The translations under genes and the position numbers were made by a program. Below the pieces are notes generated by a model. It was not told the DNA's origin, made no database searches, and worked only from the letters and a program-made list of their open reading frames with translations. A DNA stretch of 63,856 nucleotides, filler included, from Tricharina praecox (lineage: Eukaryota), in NCBI RefSeq assembly GCF_024521635.1. It is 3 parts of 3 records of this genome, joined end to end, with 100 filler letters (N's around TTAATTAATTAA, not from the genome) between each part and the next. Parts side by side here need not be neighbours in the genome. Positions count along the whole stretch, not along the records: positions 25,346 to 48,759 come from NW_026250475.1; 2 more parts are not named here. One strand, 5' to 3'. This document shows positions 27,324 through 40,494 of the stretch, in pieces (within the stretch, counting starts at the first letter, position 1; the number at the start of each line of letters is the position of its first letter).

Positions 27324-28232
27324 TCTTTTTTTGGGTTCAATCATTGATTGCATGCGACCTATCTATATCTAGATCATGGCAATATCAGCCCGCTGACCCC
27401 CCCCACCCCCCCCCCCCCCCCCGTTCCAAGGCACTGTCCAACCCGGCTTGCACCGAGCGGCCCGATGTGGCTTTCCCTGCCCCCGCCCCGGCCTGTCCCA
27501 AAAAGTAGATACACGGTAAAGGCTGAAATGGGCCTGCATGCTCGCCCGCCCCTCCCCGCCTATCCTCTCTGCCCTACGGGCTGACCCGCCCGCTGTTCCC
27601 ACCTGCCTTTTGCCGCTCTGTTCGAGGGTTCTCCCGCCTCCTATCTGTACCTCCGTTGGATGGTTTACCGGCTCGGCTTGTTTGTGGGGTTTGCGTGCCT
27701 TTTGCGGCCTGGAGTCCCTGTTGCTGCCTATAAAGACGATTACCCAGACACCGTTCCTGCCGTGAGCTGTATCAGCGCGCGAAGGGACGCCTCCCTCTCT
27801 ACTGATTCCCACCCCTCTATTGTCCGCTTTCCCCGTCCGCTTTCTCTCAACCTTCTTTTGACGCTTCCTACAGCCTCTTCGACAACAGCACTAACGAGCG
27901 CAAGCTCGCCGCTGAGAATCGTCTCAAGCTTTTCGTACAGTAGGTTGATGTTTTCGGCAATGGTTGGCGACGCGAAAGATTCGTCGTAACTAAAGACTGA
28001 TCGATCCTCTTTCTTCATTAACTCTGAGGGCGGTGGAGGGGTTGCGGTACACTGGCGAGCCAGGTGCTCGAGGCGACCGCAGTGGTAACTATTGCGATAC
28101 ATTATTCCAAGAGTGGTAGGAATGAAGTCGAAGTAAAATCCGCGATGTGGGAATCAGCGAATAGGAACATGACACGAGCTTAGCGTCTTGGCGAAACTAG
28201 GATGCGAGTGTGTTGTAGCGGGGATCGTTGAC
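27324..28232 (-). mobile_element. Non-autonomous LINE-derived retroelement, copy 1 (~0.9 kb, ORF1 remnant, A-rich tail)
   Basis: TSD GGCCGCTCGCCGCC (27310-27323) / GGCCGCTCACCGCC (28233-28246). A7 tail. Degenerate knuckle YHCGRLEHLARQC. Homologous to 36145-37384. Confidence 0.85.
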
Positions 28233-28858
28233 GGCCGCTCACCGCCGCTTGTAACCTCCGTGAGACTGGAAAACGGAAGTCGGCGAGACCTCGCATGACG
28301 CGGTAAACGGAAGGCCGTGATATTGCGACAAGGAAAACTGTTGCTACGAAGGGTGACTTTTACTGCGTTACATCGTTGAGCTATGATGGAATTCACAGGG
28401 CCTGAGATATAGTCAGAATAGAACCCAGAGCTGTAACTGCTTGCCGAGGAGTGCGGTATACCTTGATATTGTGCGAGACGGGGCAATACGGGATCAGTGG
28501 GCAGAAAATACGAAAGACGACGGGTGATATGAAACGCTGCTATGGTGCCCTGCAGCCTCTATGTGAAAGTTGTTGCTTTGCATCCACATCCGCCCATGAG
28601 AGGTTGACAGATTTACGTCCTTTGGGAGAGAAAATAGCGCGACGCCTCATGGGTAGTACAGGTATTGGAACTAAGTTACACATTTTGGTCGCGCAATTAT
28701 CCGAGCATCCTCCGCAATCCAAGATGCAGTCCGTTGATAGTCGCACTCAACGTGAATGACATACCCGTTCCGACACCCACACCCCTCTTTTCTGTCGCAC
28801 TGCCGTCTTCTATTTGCTTACTAGTCGCCCGTCGAGTTCTCCGCTTGGTGATTGTGAG

Positions 28859-29635
28859 CTACTGGGCCAAGTATCGGAGATTTTGGAAGAACAGAATCCA
28901 CCATCCCTGACAGTCCACTTCAATCAGGTGACCAGGCGGCATATACAAGCCACCCGACGGCATTTTCAGCTGATCATGAGTAGGCGAAAGGCTGGGCTCA
29001 CACGCTGGACACATGCAGCGCAGGTAAAACTTGTGGCCATCCCAGGTGAATATCCAACCATCCGGATCCGCATCGCCCCCCGGTTTGTGAATTAGGTAAA
29101 GCCTGAGATCCTTGTGACCTGTCGCAATTTTGAAGATGATCTGCTCGCATTCCAACGTGAAGTAGGGATTCATCGTACTGGCGGAGAAAATTCCGTTGGG
29201 TGGCCTGTTCAAACTGGCTCTGCCAAAACACTCCACTTCGGCTTCTGAGATGACGTATGGGGCGAAATCCGAATCCTCTTCGCCCGGGGCATCGTTGACG
29301 TTCGTGATTTCAAATAGCGGGAGCATCTCAAGGCACATCATGTCTCCGGCGATGAGGCGGATTTCTAGCTCGTTCTCACCATTCTGAATTGTGCCAGCGG
29401 TCACGGCTTGGCGGACGGAAGCGATTACAGCAGAAGCTGCTTTGCCTGTGATGCTTGAGTAATCGCGTTGCACGAAATAACGCAAATTCGCGATGTCATC
29501 TTGGATCGACTTGTATTCGCGGATCCAGTCATCGGTGTTGGCATCCTGCGGATCCCGCGAAGCGTTCAATATCCCATGCAGGTGTATCCCTAAAATGGGC
29601 TTAATCCACGCCATGCAAACTCTGGATGCGTTCAT
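28859..29635 (-). CDS. Hypothetical protein or pseudogene fragment (258 aa)
   Basis: Protein-like composition and an upstream GTGAGT...CTAAC...TAG intron near 29706-29647. No recognised family. Confidence 0.4.
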   Translation of the reverse strand: MNASRVCMAWIKPILGIHLHGILNASRDPQDANTDDWIREYKSIQDDIANLRYFVQRDYSSITGKAASAVIASVRQAVTAGTIQNGENELEIRLIAGDMMCLEMLPLFEITNVNDAPGEEDSDFAPYVISEAEVECFGRASLNRPPNGIFSASTMNPYFTLECEQIIFKIATGHKDLRLYLIHKPGGDADPDGWIFTWDGHKFYLRCMCPACEPSLSPTHDQLKMPSGGLYMPPGHLIEVDCQGWWILFFQNLRYLAQ

Positions 29636-31139
29636 CTTGTTTTCCTACTTCGCTACCGGTTAGAAAATAAGCAGACGGAGAGTGGAGAAGAAGGTGTAGG
29701 ACTCACGAGAAATTGTACTTGTAATCCTTTGCTTGAGCCGACTCGCAGGGAGGTGTGAGGACTGCGATCGACAAGGACGGTTATCGAGATCTAGTGGAGT
29801 GCTGCGCGGAGCAGACGAGCGTGTAGAGAGCCCAGATGTTGTATGGAATAGTCTGCACAGCTGCGCGCCTGCGTTCTGGTCGAAGATGGAGAATGATCCT
29901 TCGAAGTGAGGGTGATGATTAGTCCGTCTGGTGCCGTGGTGCATGGAGGGAAGGGGGGTGGTAAGATGAATGCGGTAGATGAGCGACGGTGGGTGGGAAT
30001 AAGGACGGAGGGTGGAGTAGAAGAAAACGTTTCAGTGAAGTCAACCTCGCTCACTGTCGCTAGTCCGGGAGTGGGGGTGAGAGCAAGATCGTGGTTGGTA
30101 ATTCAAGGGCTAGGTGATAGGAGCTACCTGGCGATGCACCGAAGCAGCACGTGTGGATACCCACACGTCCCTCTGCAAAACGTGGTGATTGAGTGTGGTG
30201 TGCATCCTGAATGAAGGAGATCTGAAATTAATACCCATATTCCCTGCGCGTGATGACTTCTTTAGACATAGTCTCTTATCATATTGACCTAAACAGTACT
30301 ACCACTACGTCATTCGCAACACGAGTGAGCGATGCCGGAGCACGTCCCAGCAGATCGTGCCACCTCCGCGCTACCATACTTCGCTAACACGCGGTCAAGG
30401 ATATGTTTGCACTACCTCGAGCCGTGCAGCCATTCACCTTCACACAGATATGGTTACTAAATATTATTCCATCGTCGTCTTTTCCGTGTCTGAATAACTT
30501 TGCTGATTTAGCATGGAGTGCTCACGTACAGGTCTGCATGCCACAGCACACCGGTGCTCCTATAAATATGATTTTGTGCGAATAACCGGTACCATATCAG
30601 AAAAAACCCACAACAGTACACGCAATGCGGCAGTTGCCTGTTCAGCTTCCAACCATATCTTTTTATTACGTGCGGTGGAGTTTCGAAATGCGACACACAA
30701 CGCGGCCTGATCAATGGGAGGGTTTCTGGAATCGCGCTTAAATAGCAATACTTATGAACTTCACTAAATGAGGTTACAGCATCAATCGTTACAACGATTA
30801 TAGTTGACCGATTGGGTAACATCACATGAGTGCCTTATTTTTTCAGCCACAGATAGTAATCTAGCGACCTCCCCGCGGATGCCACGCTGTCCTGCCCTCG
30901 GATACGACACTCTCAACCCCTCTGATTCGCCCGACAAATGATACGCTGGCTTCCGGCCTACTGAACGAGTAGCGCAATGAAGGCGGTATATGACCGTGAG
31001 TAGGAAACAGCCTACATTTCTCTGGAGGAAAGAGTAGAACGCCGGGTGGCGGTAACGATGGAGGTCATTTCGAAATACTATTATCATAATGGACAGGTTT
31101 GTAACCTGCAACCCTACTCTGCTCCCTGCACGTCACGAT

Positions 31140-34100
31140 TCACGGGAAGAGATTCGGTAGTTTTGAAGAAGAGTGATCGGAAAACAAGAAGATAAAATTA
31201 GAGTGTCAATTGCAAAAACTAATTACACAGAAAACATTGCAAAATAAAAAAGACCAAGAATCTATTCAAAACGCCTTAGATGCACCCAGCGCCTTGTGAA
31301 AATGAGGCTTCATGGTGTACTCTGAGGCATCGCCGAAAAGAAAGCCACCTTGATTTTCTTCTTCTTCATGATATTTGCGTAATGGAGGAGTGTGTTCCAT
31401 GTATTTTCACTGACGGTAACCTTTTACTCCTCAAAACTACTCACTAGATGGAACATGCCACTGGTATCGACCTCAACCTTGTTCCTGAATCCGCTAGATG
31501 GGGGCGGTAAGTGCTGAGGTCTAAAGTATATCATCGCCTCCCGGACCGCGGAGTCCGCCTGCTCGTCCACTCGAAGCTCCATCATGGCGGCCTGCTGTGC
31601 ATCGTCGAACGTCGTCGAAACAGGCACCTCCGTCCGTGGGGCAGTGATCTGACTCTTGGAGTACGAGCTGCCAATCGCAGCCCCTGCCAGGCGGGCATCC
31701 GCGGCGGCCCGGGGCCGCAACTCTCCAGTTACCACTGTTGTGGCAGCACTACCACCATACGTGCAGTCGGCATTATTGCCGGCAGAAGTGCTGCTGCTTC
31801 CCTGAGCAGCAACGCCACTTCCCACAGGTCCCGAAAAAGGGGACAGTCACCGCCAGCGGTGACTCTCTGCCTCGTGCCCGGAGCGTAATGCTACGATGGG
31901 CGACAGGGCTGTACTGCAAGCAGATTTGCTCCTCATCACGATCCCCAACAGGGCAGCCACGGCTTTCGGCATGACTCCCTACCCCCACAGATATGGGAGT
32001 ATTGCCGCGATTAAACAAACCCGACCATCGTCTGAGTCCAAACCGCCGTCAGCGACCAAACCGTCGTCAGCGACCATATCGTCGTCAGACCTACACGGCG
32101 ATTAGCGGGCCGAAGAAGTGTAATTGATCGTGTCATAAACAACTTACATATGTGCGATTGAGCTGCTCATCGCGTGTTGCGGGCGAACAAAAAGGCCAAT
32201 TCGATGCCTTCCTGAGCCGAAGAAGATGAAAAAGAAGAAGAGACCAGAGTCAGAGGTTGATGACGATTGCGGATTCAGGGTTTTGGTTGCGAGCTCGAAT
32301 TTGCGTGCTTTCATTTTGGATATACCTTTGCCATTTCTTTCTTCTGCTTGACATCGCCAATCATTCTCGCCACCATCTTCGCGCTGATGTTTCGGAAGTC
32401 GTCCAGCTGTTCTTCCAAGACCTTGTTGATACGGAGCGCAAGGCGTCAAGCAAAGAAAGGTGGAGTGGAGAAGGGGTTTGACTCATCACGGGCCCTAGAG
32501 GGGAAGCCACAGCTGTCGCCGTGGCCCGCTACTTCCACGGTTGTGGGAGTAGCGCCGCAAGAGCGGAAATGGATTCTGAATCCAAATCTAGGTGTAACGA
32601 TGGACATCGTCCTACAGAACGATGCCATGCGCACCCCGAAGATGGTGCCGTACGGAGCCGCTGTTGCTGTTGTAGCGACGGCGCTTGTCGACACAGTACT
32701 TGCACTCCCAGTGAGGTTGGCACTTGACCGTGACAGGGCCCCCGTGCTGCCAGATGGCAGACGTCAGCCTCTGCCCGCTTGTGGTTTGCACAGGTGCCGG
32801 TTCCGGAACGGCCGGGGGAGGATCATCCGGAAGGGTCGGGAGCCTGTAATACAACAACTTGCACAAGGCGTGATTGGGCGGGCTCAATAACATCTCCAAC
32901 CGAAAGTTTGCTGGCTCCCAGATGTCTGGTAGCGAGTGTTGCTTGAGTAATTCGCCCTCTCCCACGACCAAGCCTCTTCCTCATCACGGGCCCCAGAGGG
33001 GCAACCACGGCTTTGGCCGTGGCCGGCTACTCCCACAGCTGTGGGAGTAACGCCGCAAGACTGGCAATGATCACCAGCCGTATCGATGGTGAAACATCCT
33101 TCTTGTAGTACCCCACTGAACAGGCAATAGTTAGTCAAGCACCGAGAGAAATACGAATCGGTTTGGAAAATGAGGAGCTCACTTACCTCTCGAGTGTATA
33201 GCTCTCACCTCCGCGGTGGTGCAACGCAAGGCACAGTGGCACGTCGGAAAGATGCAAACTGAAAGTACCATCACTAATCAGTATAGTGAAACGATCATAA
33301 CATATGCGATGGAGAACCAACGAATCATCCACGTACCGCATAATCAACGGCCCAGGAAGGCAGGCTATGGTCCAAGTAAACGTTCCAGCCGATGGAAACG
33401 CTTACATGGGGCATGGCCGCGTTTGCAACAAAGGATACACTTCAGTGCCAGTGGCGACGTACAACTCTAATGCAGAAGGTGAATTCTCCATAGAATACCT
33501 TGAATATGGTCTAGGTGATGCGTGTCAGTCACTATCCACTTGCAGATGACTGGCTGGAACAGGTTGGAACACGGCTTCCTTGCCAAGAGCGAGACATATG
33601 GGGAAGACGGTGAAAGATGTGAAGTGAAACAGGAAGGGATATGAGATGGCTTACTATTCAGTATAGGATCGGGGTTGTAACGCAATATAGTGGTGTTTTT
33701 TATGATTCGGTGTTGACGGGGAGGATGTTGATGAAGTGGCGGAAAACGAGGGTAGGGGAAAAAGAAGGTGGCGGAAAAAGAGGGTAGCGGAAAGATGAGA
33801 AGGACGGAGCAGAGGGGTGAACGAGGAAGTTCTTAGTGAAAAAGATGATGAGAGGAAGAAGTAGCAAGATTGATTGGAGGAAGAGATGAGGAAAGATGAG
33901 GATTAAGGAAAGGAAGAGGCGACGACTAGTGGCAGGAAGAGGCACCCTTTAAAGAAATTACCCGAGGAGTAATTTCGCCGACACTAGTAGGGTTATGCAA
34001 CTTGTGAAGTGAGTACCGTGGAACTTTTAAGACCGTCGATTTTAGGGCACGGAATAGAATATTGGACCGTTTGGGCGGGGGAGTGAGACAAGTATCAAAC

Positions 34101-34160
34101 CATCCGCCGCCAAACATGCGTAACACGTCACTGATTGTGTCATCGCCTATACCATGAGCG
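31140..34160 (-). ncRNA. Unit A: candidate spliced, structured lncRNA locus (or decayed gene), inverted paralog of 39720-43025
   Basis: Shares upstream/promoter block, internal module and 3' block with unit B. Canonical-looking introns 33336-33274, 33186-33116, 32147-32091. No long sense ORF. Three tri-hairpin modules. Confidence 0.4.
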
Positions 34161-36144
34161 GGCGCAGTAAGCTGCTACCAGCCAGTAAGGCGTGCAAAGT
34201 TTTCCCGCACTTTAAGCAACTGATTGGACGAACGCCATCACAATCAGCGTAACACCCGGGACTGTTAAGGATGATGCGACCGCGTCCTGTTGATTTATCT
34301 TACGTGTGTATCCCATAGTAGCAATTGTAAATCTACCACGCTCTCGCTATTCGTGCGGAAAGTTCATATCTAACTGTTTCCCATCATGCTGTCGAATCCT
34401 GTTTCGCATCCACGATAATCGCGCTAACACAGATCAACCACTGTTCCCAATCGATCCCATGACTATTCCGACCGATTAGCGATCATCATCACCGTCCACC
34501 ACTCGTTCGCGCAGCTACCGCGGTCCCGTGTTGTGTTGAAGACTCGAAGATGCGTTCGCTCGAGTCTGGTTAGGCTGCATGACAAATAAACTGAAGATCT
34601 ATCTTTCTCTCTGAAATGTGGGAGTTGCACGCGAACTTATCAGCTGCTGCAAGCTCTTATCATGCTGCGTCCCGTCCGTGTAAATGTACGCGTAGACCCT
34701 GTTTTACGGGCAAACGGAGTGGGTGCCTGGTGCAGCATCGAAAGAGGGGATGACTTCGACATGTCCGTCAACCCCAAAGCAGGAGCAGACACAGGCAGGC
34801 TCGCCACCACCGTCTTGTACGAATATACGGGCACGATCCGGTAGTGGACCAGCTCATTAATACTGACACATAATATCAGTCTCCCAAGAGCGGCCAGTAG
34901 TGACAGGTGGAGTCAGCGAAGAGTGCGATGAGCAAACCCGTCATCACCGTGCTTGGGAATCAGGGACAGACGGAGAAAACGGTGCATCTGATCGCGGCAC
35001 GAGCGCTCGATTGCGCGCTCACTAATGAAGACGAACTTCCGGACCAGCTCCACGCCAGCTGAAGGCTTGACACCCTTAGGATACTAAAGTTTCCCGGATA
35101 TATGTCAGACGCAGACCCAAGCTGTCGGCGACAACAGTGTCTAGCTTGACGGCGCTGTATAGGTTATTTACGACTCCACTAGGCGGCGACAACGCCGCGT
35201 CCAATGATCTCCGACCACCGGCACAAGAAGCAGCGGTTGACAAACGTTCCGCCCTGTACAACCTGGTCAGAGGCATCATCTGGTTGCACGGACTCATCAG
35301 GATCGATGAAGAAGATGCCTCACGACATCCCATGCCCCGGCAAGAAGTAGCACCCTCCAATCCGTGCAGCATGTCGCTGCCATCCACCGGCGGCAGTCTG
35401 TGATCGCCATAGAGATTTTATGGTTTCGGACTCACAAAGTCACTCCCAGAAACGCAAAGCGCGACAAAAGATCGAAGTTTGCAGCCGACGACCTTAACGC
35501 CGGCAGTTTGCGGTGAATGGTCCCTCCACTCGTCATTCGGTGCATAACTGAGCGACAACCACCCCCTTCGCGAGCATACTTGTAAAGCGGTGTCACGGAG
35601 GCCATTGCCAAGGAAGCGGGGGCATAACTAGACCAATAGACATCTTTACGCCCGTTGCGAATGTTGTCGATATACGCCTCGCACCTGGTAGCAGCCTCGC
35701 GATTGATGCCCCTGTGGGGCTGTGCAGACAAGCTAATCTGGGCTCCTCTATGATGAACGGTGTGGGCAGGCGGTCCCGCTGGTCGCTGGGCAGGACGCCG
35801 TAAGTAAGGCGTCCGCGCGCGAGGAGGCCCGATGAAGCGGAAGAGATACAGGTGAAGAGGAGGTGAGAGAAGGATGAGGGCGGGGAGCACGCGGATCCTC
35901 CCGGTCACTCCCAGCTTTCCACATTAGACCCTCCGAATGATGTCTGCGAGTGTAGGGACAAGCAACGCGGCGGATCTTGATATAGACGTTTATTTTACTA
36001 GCTCATACTTGATCTGGTGTGCACTACATGTATCTCTGTTACCGGTGAAGACGGAGGGCGGGAAGATCTTCATCATCAATTCTCACCAAAGTCTGGCTGA
36101 ACAGTGAATGTTGCGATTCTCGGGCGGAACGATCGAATGATGGA

Positions 36145-37384
36145 CACGATCCTCACTACAACACACTCGCATCCTAGTTTCGCCAAGAAGCTAAGCGCGT
36201 GCCGTGTTTCTATTCGCTGATTCCCACATCGCGGATTTTACTTCGACTTCATTCCTACCCCTCTTGGAATGTCGCAGCGCACCTACCACAAGTGCGGGCG
36301 CGGCGGTCCACCGCCTCCCCTCCACCGCCCTCAGAGCCAATGGAGGAAGCTGATCGTTCCGGCCGTGTCTACAACGCGTCTGACCATGTCTACGACGCGT
36401 CTGATCCGTTGCTGATCGTTGCCGAAATCCATCACCTGTAGACAAACCTGTTCGCAAACCTTCAGACGATGTTTCGCCAGGAGCTTGGGCTCGTTAGCGA
36501 TGGTGTCGAAGATTCAGCAGGACGCGTCAGAGAACTCGTATCCGCAGTACGAAAGACGCGACAAGAGACAAGGGACCTCAAAGCCCTTATGGAGACGATG
36601 AGTGAGAAGATCGACAAACTCACAGAGGAGAACCGGGAACTCCGGGCGCAAACACAAGCAGTGACAGCTCCACAGCCGCTTCCGCCTCCTCCATCGACAC
36701 CACTTAAGCGGCCAAAACGGAACCTGACGGGACCTCAAACACCCCATCAGCCGACGAAGCAGCTGAAGAGTACCTCCCCGACATCGGTTCTCATGCAGTC
36801 GGAGCATGCCGGTGTGAGTACCGAGCCCACGCAACCACTACCGTCAACATCGGCCGCGGCCCCCAGGTCCGCACCTCTCCATGGTGAGATGGAGGAGAGA
36901 TGGAAGAAAGTCGAGAGGAAGCGAAAAGGGAAAGGGGAGGGGAAGAAGAGAGGGGTGGGACTTGGAAGAGAGGGAAGTGTCTCGCCATGGGCTGATATTG
37001 CTCGCGGAAGGGGCGGCGTGCATGTGACCGTCTTCATCGGCGAGAGCAAGAACGCCAGGCGGTAAAAGGCACCCAAGCCCCATGTAAAGGATTCGGAAAA
37101 CATTCGAAAGAAGGAACAGAAGGCAAGTGGGAAGAGCGGGCGAGTCAGCCCGTAGGGGAGAGAGGAGAGGTGGAGAGGGGCGGGCGGGCATGCTGGCCCA
37201 TTTCAGTCTTTACCGTGTATCTACCTTTTTGGGACAGGCCGGGGCTGGGGGGCAGGGAAAGTCACATCGGGTCGCTCGATGCATGTCGATTTGGACAGTG
37301 ACGTGGAAACAGGGGGGTGAACGGGGTGATATTGCTATGATCTACATAGGTCGCATGCAATTACTGAATAAACAACAAAAAAAA
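36145..37384 (+). mobile_element. Non-autonomous LINE-derived retroelement, copy 2 (~1.24 kb) with truncated ORF1/gag-like coding remnant (36469-37065)
   Basis: TSD GATCGAATGATGGA (36131-36144) / GATGGAATGATGGA (37385-37398). AATAAA plus A-tail at the 3' end. Coiled-coil, basic patch and SPWADIARG motif reminiscent of Tad1-like ORF1. No RT. Confidence 0.85.
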
Positions 37385-39916
37385 GATGGAATGATGGAAC
37401 GACGGAATTTCATTGTTTGTCACTCGACTTGTGCAGAGTATTCGGGCAGAATATGCGGGCAGATTGGTCATGTTGGTATTACGCACGCGTCTTGAGAATC
37501 CTCTTTATTCTCATACCTGCTCTTTCTGCTTCTGTCCAGTATGTCTAGCTGGTCATCCGCTGTGTTTTTGCGAAACAGTCAAGCAATCGAACATCACACT
37601 CATATTTTCTCAACAGTGAAGAGTGGATAGGAGACGGCTGTTCTATTTTCATGATCCAGATGATACTGTGCAAGCACTCAACATTTCACAGGCAACAGTC
37701 AAAGATGGTTGGGTGGACTCGCGGATCTTGAGACGGCGTTGGGTACTCGAAAGAATGAGTAATAGTGGAGTCGAGCGCCGGATATTTACCTAATGACCGT
37801 TCACGTTCAGGGCAGCTGGTAAAAAAACGACGAACACCCTGATTACGCATCAAAAGATGCAACCGTAGAAGCGTTGGCACATTCTGGATCCGTAATTGCA
37901 GCTTTAGAGGAATATATACTCAAAATTCACAATGCGGGTCCCCTAGCCACCGTCTCCATCACCGTCGGCATGTTTTGCGCCATCGACAATAGTAGGATTC
38001 CCTTTTCCGTGTAAAACTCGGGCCTACCCACCTTTGTCCCCCTGTACCTCATCTTGACTGGCGGACCGGATATCTGTCGGTAACGTGGTGTCGCTCTCGG
38101 TGAGATATCCTTACGTAGTCCCGCCGCAGCTGATCGTGTGTCACGGGAGTATTGGATTTTCAGGTGCAGGCAGCAGTGTGATCGAACGTAACAGAAGTGC
38201 TAAAGCTAGTATCTAGCAGAGTAGATGTTAGATAGTGCATAAAAGTAATGATGGTTTTACTTCGGAGGAATGCTTACCAATACGCGTCTCGGGAATGTCG
38301 GTGGTAAGTGTGAGCGCTCCAGGAGTCACGACTACTCGCGGAAATGATTCGGTGCAAGAGTCGCAGAATCGATGGATCAAATGGATAAGGGAGATGCCTG
38401 TCACTCGAATTCCGTTAACCATCACTATCACCCCCGACGTGATTATCATCACGGGCCAACCCCAAACGACGCTCGGCTGGAAGCGATGTAATCCGGGTTC
38501 AGGGCCATGATCTAATTCCGACGAGCTAATGGATATTGGATGACCCTGAAGCTGATCCACAAACGTAACCACCTCCGTAGCACTGAGCCGTCACTCTGCC
38601 TGCGGAGGTTTGAGGTCTTTCTGTTGGCGTCGCCCGATGATCAGTGTAGGAGGTGGTTGGTTGATGCACGTATGTCCGGAGGCGGATGAGAATGGATGAC
38701 GTCGGTATCTATGGTACTGTAGCGGGCGTATATGCTATCCTAGAAGGTCGTCTTAATCATAACGGAACGCATAAGAGCGAAGACACAAGACCTGAAAGGT
38801 GATGGGTACTAACAGTCATGGTTTAAGCGATCATGAATTGTCCGTCGCACTCATGTCGCGTGTTCTGAAAGCAGGTCTGGGATGCATAGGATGTATAAGT
38901 GCTTTGATAGGTGGACAATGCCGCTCGTCTACGTCGGCAGATGCAGCTTTAGGTAACGGAACCCGTTGCGCGAATATAGCTAGTCGGTGGCGATTCTGCT
39001 ATCTTGCTATCGAACCGTGTGATCTGCTTGTGTTGCCGAGCTCCGACGACAGACAGCGGTAGGGAATAGGAGGCAGAAAGGTTTGCAAGACGAGGACCTA
39101 GGTTTTGGGTGAAATTATATTTGGCCGAGGAGTGAGAAATCAAAGGGCTAGAAGGGTTCAGTTGCCGATTTTGTTGGAGCCTGGCACTGGACTGCTTGGA
39201 ACCGAGCGACCGCAACTTCGTCAGGTCATGACGTAACATGGTAAATGCAGTGTTTGCGATCTTGTCTTAGCTTATCCAGAGATTGCATGGCGTGAATCGG
39301 AACATGGCACAGGAGACATCAGCTGAAAATGATCGTTAATACATCTCTCCCCATGCGGTGATCGTGCAGGTTCGTATTCGTCCACTCTTGACTTAGCGCT
39401 CTATTGTTAATACTCATCGGAGCCTGCAACCACAACTAGACTGTAACGCAGAAGGCAATGTAATTAACTGTGTATGCATCTCTATTGTCAACAAACGTAC
39501 TACAGATTGATCACACAGCATGCCGTTGATCAGATGCCCGAGAGGTTAACAGTCGTGGGTTGGACAAATGTCGCAACCGTGAATACACACTGTACGCATC
39601 TTCGTCTGTTGAGTAATAGCACATGACTCACCAGAATTGCGTCGGCGAAAGGCCGGCGCACCAAAAGTAATCTCATCAACCTAGTCGCTGCGAGAAAATC
39701 GCGCAAACACTCACAAGTCACGAGCATGGCATGTAATCAGTGAAGTGTTATGCCTGTTTGATAACGGATGGTTTGATGCTTTTCTCACTCCCCGTCCAAA
39801 GGGTTCAACATGCTATTCAGTACCCTAACATCGACGATCTCAAAAGTGCCACGGTAATCACCTCGAAAGTTTCATAACCCTACTAGCGTCGGCGAAATTG
39901 GTGCTCGGGATTGTTT

Positions 39917-39922
39917 TATAAA
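39917..39922 (+). promoter_or_regulatory. TATA box of unit B
   Basis: TTTTATAAAGGG followed by a CT-rich tract. The counterpart in unit A is TTTAAAGGG (minus strand, ~33945-33953). Confidence 0.5.
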
Positions 39923-40494
39923 GGGCGCCTCTTTCTCCCACTCGTCCTCCTCTCTTCCTTTCCTTCATTCTCATATTTTCTCATCTCTTCCTCCAATCCA
40001 TCCTTCTCTTTCCTCCTCCCCTCCTCTCCTTCTCTTCTCCACAATACGTTTATCCAAATCAACTTACGGTATGCACCCCTCTCTACTACAACACCAACTT
40101 GCACCTCTACACCCTGCTCACTACAACCTACACCATTTGACCCCTGTTCGCTCCACCGTTCAGCATACAGCACGTCATTGCGACACAATTGCTCAAACCA
40201 CTAACAGCGCCCCAGGTACCGCAAGCACCATCCTCCAAATTATCGAGTGCAGATCAGCGCTCCGCACGCTAAGATCGTCAGATACACAGAGGAAATCGAG
40301 ACCGCGGCTCACGAAGGCGCTCACCCCGACGCGATGATGAATTCAGGGTGGGTGTGGCTGCTCCCGGTGCCGAAGGAGGTCATCCGAGATTTGGAGCGCG
40401 TGACGAAGTATCGGCTAGTCGGAAAGAAGTGTTGGGAAGCGACGAGCTAATCAATGTCAACGATTCGCCATTGGATGATGGATTCGCGATCGGA

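Noticed and set aside
28233..36144. Composite transposon bounded by the two inverted 0.9-1.2 kb repeats
   Set aside because: Each repeat has its own distinct TSD and A tail, so they are independent retro-insertions.
37400..39700. Short ORFs between the paralogous units (also 43100-45400)
   Set aside because: No motifs, codon bias or consistent exon structure.
39870..39890. Telomerase RNA template (TAACCCTA)
   Set aside because: Short match lying upstream of the TATA box, with no pseudoknot context seen.
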